Origin: Epithemia pelagica
Taxonomy: Eukaryota; Protista; Bacillariophyta
DNA: 64,000 nt
Reading direction: 5' to 3'
Assembly (NCBI GenBank): GCA_946965045.2
Contig: OX337228.1
Location: 6,572,001-6,636,000, forward strand
Under the pieces are notes generated by a model. The model did not search any database. It had not been told where the DNA came from and saw only the letters and a program-made list of their open reading frames with translations. This document shows, piece by piece, positions 58,601-64,000 of this stretch (position 1 is the first letter of the stretch; every line of letters begins with the position of its first letter). The position numbers and the translations under genes are program-made.

Positions 58601-60575
58601 CTTGATGAAGGCCATAGGGTGTGATTGGTCGTGGAACGAGAGGTGGGAGTTCGACCGATTCGTCGGTTTGGTCGGAATCGACGTTCCTGAACAGAGAGGC
58701 CAAGTCTGGATCCTCTTCTTCGTCGTCTTGAAAGCGTGGAATCAGTGGAGGCGGTTCTGTGGTTGCGGAGCTTTCATCGCTTGCATCGTTGGATTTGGCG
58801 TCGTCGCAACAATCAACCGGTCTCGTATCCAACAACATGTCGGTGGTTTCAACGGTGTTGTTGAGGAGAGACTCGTTTTGTGTGGTGTCTCGACGTTCTT
58901 CTCCCTCTGAAACAACAATCGACACATTATCATCATCATCTTCGGGGCCCGATGCGGAGAACGTGTCCCAGAACGAGTCAGGGATGGATGGCATGCTGTC
59001 GATGTCGTCTTGGGTTTGATCAGGAGCGACAGAGTCAAAATCTTCGACTGAGAGGAGGTTTCGGACGGGAAATCGTGCTGCCCAGGCGCCAGCATCAAGA
59101 TCTAGGGAGATCATGTTTGCCTGAGGGGCTGTGATTCCGCCAGGGTTGGATGTTTTCTTGTTGGACTTGGAGTGCCCCTTGTAGTCATCCGAGTGCTGTG
59201 CCGTGGAGTGGGTGCCGGTCCATCGGCCGCAGTGGGCGCACCAGTACCAAGTTTTCCCTTCGACTGTCTTCGTTTCGGACTGTCCTTGGGAGGGTGCTTG
59301 GTATTTCCAGTTGACGGAGGATCCCGAGTTTGATTTGGTGGTTGTCTTGTTGTTGCTTCTGGAGGTGCGATTGGAGTTTCCCTTGGGTTTCTGGTTGAGA
59401 GATCCGCGACTGCCACCGCGCGAGTGTGCGCGTGGTCCGGAAGCTTGCTTGGAGCTTTTGTGGGGACAATCTTTCGCCCAGTGGTCGAAACTGCCACAAA
59501 TTAGACATGCTCCTTTCGACAAGGGGGTGTCGCCCATGTGTTGACGAAGGGCCATGGCTTGTACTTCCGAGAGGTTGGCAAAGGCTGCAGGAGGTGTCTT
59601 GGAATCTTTGTTGTGGGTGGAAGCTGGCCATTTCTTGAGGTTCATGGCATCCATGTACAGAGCTTCGGCTTTGTCACAGATGTGGGCAAAAGAGAGTCCT
59701 TCTTTATCAAGAGTATCTTGTTGGTCTTGTTCCGTCATGTATCGAATCTCGAGAATTCGTTGCTGAACTTGTGGGTACAGATTCAACAATCCAAGGTTGT
59801 ACAGGGGATCTCCATTTGCGAGTGCAAAGGCTTGGAGAACGGACAAGGTAAGTGTTTGTTTGTAAAATCCTGATGCAAACAGATCCTCACAATCTGCCTT
59901 CATGTGTGCAGCCATTTCAGAGATGTTCTGCCCTGGATACATGAATGGGGTTCGGCTTGCGATCTTGGCGGATAGAGCATCGTATTTCTGAACCGAGTCA
60001 GATTGGAGAAGGTTAATAAAAGTCATCCAGGTAACGAGAAAGGAGTCCGTTGTGTTCGTCTTTGTTTCTAACATCTTGCGAATCTTCAGTTCGACAGAGT
60101 CGAGGAGACACATGCGTGCAGCGGTGTCGTTCTCTGAATCATATGGGTCGAAGTTGGCGCAGTGCACAGGGGCTGCCTTCTGCACAAGCTTGAGGTTAAA
60201 GCGAGTGTGCTCATTGACAATGTGTCGCATCTCTTTTGGGTTGGCTGGATCGGCGAGGTAGCAGATGGTGTCGAGACCTCGGAGTACGAAGATGTCGTTG
60301 AGACGCTTCATAAATTCGTGGAGGTTGTCTCCCTTTTTGTAACGAATTGACAATCCACTGCAGCGAGTCTCGAATCCGGTGATGTCTTTGCCGAATCGTC
60401 GTTGGTGAGGAGTTGCAGGGTAGGTTTTGGCGGTTGGGTCGAGTCCTTTCCAGGTGGGGAGAGGCTTTCCGCCGGTCCAAGCCGCCCACTTGTACTCGTC
60501 GAGTTGAACAAGATCGCCCATTGTGGGCTTGGGTGGTTTGAAAGTGGGCTTGGGTGTAGTTTCAGAACTTGCCAT
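52686..60575 (-). CDS. Copia Gag-Pol polyprotein, 2629 aa, single ORF
   Basis: CCHC knuckle CLICGSFDHWAKDC; protease IWDSGAS; HHCC WHIRFGH..CAAC; integrase D..TDNG..NGVAERS; RT WVFKRK/SLYGL/IWVDD; RNase H YVDADF. Confidence 0.97.
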   Translation of the reverse strand: MASSETTPKPTFKPPKPTMGDLVQLDEYKWAAWTGGKPLPTWKGLDPTAKTYPATPHQRRFGKDITGFETRCSGLSIRYKKGDNLHEFMKRLNDIFVLRGLDTICYLADPANPKEMRHIVNEHTRFNLKLVQKAAPVHCANFDPYDSENDTAARMCLLDSVELKIRKMLETKTNTTDSFLVTWMTFINLLQSDSVQKYDALSAKIASRTPFMYPGQNISEMAAHMKADCEDLFASGFYKQTLTLSVLQAFALANGDPLYNLGLLNLYPQVQQRILEIRYMTEQDQQDTLDKEGLSFAHICDKAEALYMDAMNLKKWPASTHNKDSKTPPAAFANLSEVQAMALRQHMGDTPLSKGACLICGSFDHWAKDCPHKSSKQASGPRAHSRGGSRGSLNQKPKGNSNRTSRSNNKTTTKSNSGSSVNWKYQAPSQGQSETKTVEGKTWYWCAHCGRWTGTHSTAQHSDDYKGHSKSNKKTSNPGGITAPQANMISLDLDAGAWAARFPVRNLLSVEDFDSVAPDQTQDDIDSMPSIPDSFWDTFSASGPEDDDDNVSIVVSEGEERRDTTQNESLLNNTVETTDMLLDTRPVDCCDDAKSNDASDESSATTEPPPLIPRFQDDEEEDPDLASLFRNVDSDQTDESVELPPLVPRPITPYGLHQAPATFRPLTFIDPDDLSIAESSDEEEDNDPNAPNRDLMALPPNIRQAFIQAATDELRRVMNLHRIVHPPEDSDDEATETGDTASTTDNDAADGENDQDDEDDDEEEEDEDTDDDDPNGDADDEADDNDHDDDNNDGACPPTMANETNNESETDEEQDPAPEPPDIDFTVDLNKLNLNAKVATINSPWKEYNNSNVGETERTDDTWYDFYEATFTFDKNADPPNTDIHTKIPSDCPVNQEQDQKEPPNFHEQDQATPDRKMPAIQDDEISPIEWETPPSTNSALSLNSLDLSFITPTRLFHAPGEPSAPKKRPSSPIIPFATRQRQMMGDDDPAIRQDHIESLVEHFIHTHTAYHKEENPRLKKILEQQLPSLQQKLKEALTALQLDEQVHHSRLSMETPSLSSTLHTAWELATISDYGAIIIKQNKQGLPGHAMDITINPNDITPDSHDEHLINLPSKPAAHVATTKFTTTPKRKKKKPLRLNLPSNPNRHQFFPPLTSTRTLMITMKQGALTGLLGTGLLYIGPHLASRKALPYLLSCFGGATAALQIVHSLSRPFHSPVDCLTHRLIVTCLLPNSGMSLVRSVGRWLRSALGLCTTSEGEYQPTHAIAVAPKPRSHHDRHRSHPKSKPRKPKHRRNRKKHKRDRTNKTTIRPLQGPQPLPSLMSTTTIQAHAYTMSQNLALQAAINHPRKFQSEMKDKQAFLLIWDSGASVSITNDKSDFIPNKVRDVPPDYQVQGLAEGAQVESQGVVEWYIKDVHGRLRCIELLALYIPAAGCRLLSTSSLLQRYQGETIKIEPQGLKLSGVRNDPARGPIKVEIEAESNLPKSICYHRLGVHRSVSAFVATVTTVDERNINLSAPQKVWSQWHIRFGHAPFRVVQFVLRSGVLSNDESSRRLHTAVCKLTTPPLCAACLYGKQKTRHSPGQKTVKIQDKEGALKKNHLFPGQQVSADHFICSTKGRLYTSKGKTKEEAMLSGGCIFVDHASGYIDVSMQTHLNTHQTLKAKIEYEQRCQNQGVIIQQYHTDNGTAFTSKKYTEHLQAFQQVTSFAGVGAHHHNGVAERSIQTIMSMARTMMLHAATHWPEVADPTLWPMAVDHAVFIYNRLPKIETGISPIDLFTKTRWEQRRFHDLHVWGAPAYVLNKTIQDGKKLPRWKPRSQRCMFVGFSQQHALTAPLVLNLDTGTISPQYHVVFDDWFATVAATNENSHSPHTTVDQIFANMDNILHSPGYDDPSADDDSPNDAPEATASELTKNKIFEAMENATPPVPLEYDTPAVPPTSTTAAPPLPHPVSTPRPVSAPPSVLSSPADAPSRMSTNPPPTTLAAPHNLPSLSLEDDWTMPTAQRENTPTQAPPAPKSQPPEHKPQREPTKQREPSNQREHASPAPRRSGRNRRSPNRLVESMDPTHKSYLAHVDTLDNLPFQATIGLFKATIVDPDTLSYDQALKDPDLLHWRKAAKQEIDELTEKETWIEEPQSAAKTKILPGTWVFKRKRHADGTIKKHKGRYCVRGDLQEQAPDAYSPVVNWAIIRICMIYALSQQWVMVCIDFSNAFVQAKLKEPIWIHIPPGFKSTRSEPTCLRLLKSLYGLTIAPRLWYEKLIEALLEDGFKKSDHDECFFMKPDMLLFIWVDDCGIVAPTMTLVDAFIERLKTKGFELSKDSDFAEYLGIDFKRNKDEIVMTQPGLIKRILQTTKMEDCNGNWTPAAQIGLGSDPNGPPMKDNWNYRSVVGMLLYLSTNTRPDITFAVSQVARFSNDPKQSHAQAVKAIIRYLSRTINNGTIFRPSKDYRLDCYVDADFMGLHGREPEDDPTSAKSRTGYIIFFGGSPLVWKSQLQSEIATSTFHSEYVALSQAMRVVVWLQEVLNELNSCVRINPSVPRITAEVHEDNNSAYLVATNQRLTSRSRSLNNKWHWFWSQVKATNATIVSSKSNMEDRTVTISKIDTKLQRADILTKGLARETFETIRKLNQGW

Positions 60576-60807
60576 GCTGGAGGTGTCCGAGGCGTTTCCG
60601 TGAGAACTGGAACTGTTGAAGACGATTTCTTCTTCAATTGGCTCAAAGGAGAAGTGGCTCCCTAGAGTCGATGGCGAAGCGTCGCTTGGGGTAGACAGCT
60701 TGTTGGCCTGTCAAAAATCTCGAGAAGGGGTAGTCCGACGATGATGGTCGTTGGGCTAGAACAGAGGAAACGATAGCGGGTTAGGCTGTAATTTGGGCGT
60801 AATAACC

Positions 60808-61309
60808 TGTCAGAGTCACTAGCATACACTGGGTATACTAATAGCTAGGGGAATACCGCGTAGTCGGGGTGGAGATTGATCAAGTCTCCACACCAACCTA
60901 GAAGTCTTTTGCGTTGCAAAAACTCCTGTATCGATATTATGATTAAAGCTATAGAGTAAACAAAGTGATCTTGAGTTCCTCATTTTGATTCCTCGCTTTG
61001 GTTTCCAGGAATTGATTTGCTATCTTGCAACGCACAGCTTGATTCAAATGGACGATAGTTATCTCATTTGTTGTTTGTTGTGTCATAGGTTAGTTAGCAA
61101 AACATGAGTGTCGTAGACACAAACGGCGAGTGGCCCGGCGTTCTGTGGCGCCAAAGCCCATCCTGCGCGTTATGCATGCGCGGATTCCGACATGTAGGCT
61201 TATATCATTGGGTCATGCAACACAAACTGCCAGTCGTGCAAATTCAATATTTCAAAACACAAATACAAATTTGGAAACGCGACTGGTGCTAAAAACATAA
61301 ACTGCGACT
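60808..61309 (-). repeat. 5' LTR (502 bp)
   Basis: Identical by eye to 52158-52659; followed on the element strand by PBS-like GGTTATTACGCCCA. Confidence 0.97.
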
Positions 61310-61669
61310 GGATGGCTGTAGAGCGCCTGAAGACGATGCCTCATCGTTCGGACCCGAGGATATGTTGTGGTCCGACACATTTTCTCCTGGTTTATGCTGA
61401 GAAACAACCACCATGGCACGTTTTTGAAATGGATGAATCACTTGTCTTGTCGACCGATCCAACGTTGTGCCATGTTCTTGAAAAGGATTCGATCTTGTCG
61501 TATCCAAGACGTGAAAAGCATGGGTGCTCAGGGAAGCAAAAGGGAAATGGGACGAAACTCGATCCGGCCTTTTAACGTGCACAGTACGGAATAATTGTCG
61601 TGATACAGAGATGGAATCTCTCACTTTGGAAATGGTTGTCATGCTGTTTGTCGCCCTTGCCGCCATCAT
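61310..61669 (-). pseudogene. ISCA2: ISCA2 5' part (mitochondrial-type transit peptide), cut by Copia
   Basis: ATG 61669 (MMAARATNS); R/S/T-rich; exactly 120 codons ending LQPS at the TSD. Confidence 0.85.
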
Positions 61670-61962
61670 GGTGTTCTCATGGCTCGTTCGTTGATTTTGA
61701 TGGGTAAAGAAGAAGTGCACTCCCACATTTCACTGACCATAAATGGATGACGTGGACGAAACTCGCTATGTAATACCCCGACTACTATCCCTCTACCATT
61801 CTTCATATCGATAGCCTCCCAAAAGTAAATGATGGTATCTCCCTACCCTTTATCCTATCAAACCTTTCATCGTGCTGTAAGTCATTCATTGCTTGTGATT
61901 CCCATGCAATGCTCTAGATCTAGCTTGATTTCTTCCTCCTCTTTCTTGTCTCCGCACTAGAA

Positions 61963-63589
61963 TTACGTCACTAGCAACTCTTGTTCGGTTTGCGATTCCA
62001 ATTCTTGAACCATTTTTTGAACGGCTGCTTCAAACAGTTGCAACGCCTCTGTCAGTTCTTCTTCTGCAATAATAAGGGGCGGAACAAAGCGCACGACATC
62101 TTTTCCGGCCGCAACCAGCAACAATCCTTGATCCATGGCGGCCAAGACGACCTTGCCGGGTGGTACGTCGGGATGCGTGACCGTCACGCCTTTTAATAGA
62201 CCCCAGCCTCGCACAGGTCCCAACAAGGCGGGATACTTTGCGGCAATCGCCTCGAGACCGGCAGCCAATTGATCTCCTCGGGCTTGTACATTGTCCAAGA
62301 CATTGTGGTCGGAAAAGTATTGTGCCACAGCCAATCCGGCACTGCAGGCCAAGGGATTGCCTCCATACGTACTGGCATGATCGCCCGGGCCGAGGACTGT
62401 GGCGGCTTCCCCCCGTGCCAACATGGCACCAATGGGAACCCCTCCCCCCAAAGCCTTTGCGGAGGTAAACACGTCAGGTACGACGTTGAGATTTTCATAT
62501 CCCCAGAGTTTGCCGGATCGTCCCATGCCTACTTGGACTTCATCCATCATCATGAGTGCACCCGTTTCATCACAAATTTCTCGAACCGTTTGAAAAAAGT
62601 CGACATTGCCTGGTACAATGCCACCTTCACCTTGCAAGGCTTCCATCATAATGGCCGCCAATCCTTCTCCCGGTGTTTTCTCAATTTCCTGGACGACTTG
62701 TTTTAATTCATCAATGTCATTGTAGGTAATGTATCGAAAGCCAGGAACCATTTCTCCGTCATACCCAAATCCTTGATGATATTTGGGCTGTGCTGTGGCC
62801 GACAAGGCGGCCAGGGTCCGACCATGAAAGGAATTGTGCGCCGTTACAATAATGGGTTTGTCAATGCCTCGATTGGACGCATGTCGACGAGCACATTTAA
62901 TGGCCGCTTCATTGGCTTCGGCGCCCGAATTGCAAAAAAAGACCTTGGTGGCGACCGAATTGGCACACAACCATTCGGCCAAGGCGGCTTGGGCAGGAAT
63001 TTGATACAAGTTGGAAACATGATGGACTTGTTGCATTTGTTGTGTAATGGCTGTCGTCAAGGCTTGGTTGTTGTGTCCCAAGGCACAGGTGGCAATGCCC
63101 GAAACACAATCCATATATTCACGCCCGTCGGTCGTATACAATTTGCAACCATTGCCATTTTTGATAGTCAAGGGATATCGTCTAGACAGAGAAAACACAG
63201 AAGAGGGAAAGCAGAGACACAAAAAGAAGGCGAATCGAGCGACATGAATTAGAAACGTTTGGACCATTCATCCCAGCGCCACCGTCACATGAAAGGGAGC
63301 CACTCATTCATTCAAGGCATGCCAGTCATTCGACAACGTACCCATAGGTTTTTTGTACATTTTGATCGTAGAGTTCCGTCGTTTGTTCGTCCCCTCCCTG
63401 ATCGCTTAACAGATCTTCTATCGATTTGGGAGGAATCAAGTTGGTCCTCGTCGTTTTCGATGAAGTGGTTGTCGAACTGTGTCGTTCGGCCGTCGTGACA
63501 AAACCATGCGTGCCACGGGTGGCCGTCATGATCATGAACACAAGGAGAGACCAGGCGAGAAGAAAACGGGTTGCCACAACGTTCTTCAT
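61963..63589 (-). CDS. argD: Acetylornithine aminotransferase, organelle-targeted; intron 63182-63341
   Basis: TYG|RYPL, GIATCALGH, NSGAEANEAAIK, FHGRT, EALQGEGG, DEVQVGMGRSG, SAKALGGG, TYGGNPL; N-terminal signal peptide. Confidence 0.95.
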
Positions 63590-64000
63590 CTTGTCCTTTG
63601 GAGATTTGACCTTGATGATAGGGTTTGGATGTTGCTGCTTTTATGTAAAAGGTTCTTTTGTTCCAGACCCTACACCAGCGAGTGGTCGTCAGACACACAA
63701 CAACAGAATGAGAGTGTAGTGTTCTTCGGCAATTGATAGATCGCATACAACTTGGCCGGGGTCGCTGATTGTTCGCTCCAGATCAAGCAAACGTCGGGAC
63801 TCGGGACTCCTTTTGAGTCCCTTCGTGTAGGACTCCTAGTACACGCAGGAGATAGGATAGACAATGAGGAGGCGCTTATGAGACCAGTCAACATCCAAGA
63901 CATCCAACATGCATTGATGATACATGTTGGATACCTTTTACTACGGCATCAAATCAGATGCCCATGACAAACTTTCCCCCATCGTTCATCTCCTACGTAT

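Larger units (their letters stand above)
52158..61309 (-). mobile_element. Full-length Ty1/Copia (CoDi-like) LTR retrotransposon, 9152 bp
   Basis: Two 502-bp LTRs; 5-bp TSD GGATG (52153-52157 and 61310-61314); PPT AAGAGGGAG (52660-52668); intact gag-pol in PR-IN-RT-RH order. Confidence 0.98.

Noticed and set aside
10772-61669. Fe-S assembly gene cluster (CIA2B and ISCA2)
   Set aside because: The genes are 40 kb apart among unrelated genes and act in different compartments; probably coincidence
63670-64000. Possible gene end at the window edge
   Set aside because: Only short ORFs with no motif; cannot be supported

Overview
Eukaryotic nuclear DNA, almost certainly from a diatom. The evidence is short GT-AG introns, bipartite signal+transit peptides on FtsZ, shikimate kinase, a GNAT and ArgD, a CoDi-like Copia, and diatom-type LRR/PPR/kinase families. 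The window holds about 19 ordinary host genes and one intron-containing tRNA-Tyr. Three accessory regions stand out. (1) At ~24.9-32.8 kb, a compact ~7.9 kb element encodes an intron-containing Crypton-type tyrosine recombinase (R..HxxR..Y plus GCR1_C). It carries five intronless unknown cargo genes: an SH3/Tudor-like protein, two tandem paralogues of an unrecognised domain, an acidic protein ending in a canonical PIP box, and a CxxC-CxxC basic protein. Both ends are marked by GGATA/TATCC clusters and a 9-bp direct repeat. This is the best candidate for an undescribed cargo-carrying YR mobile element. (2) At ~35.6-41 kb lies a mosaic of gene fragments, with a higher-order array of G-U-tolerant hairpins that includes cUUCGg tetraloops. 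(3) A very recent 9.15 kb Copia (LTRs identical by eye, GGATG TSD, non-canonical end) sits inside the ISCA2 coding sequence. All alignments, splice models and family calls were made by eye, without database searches.
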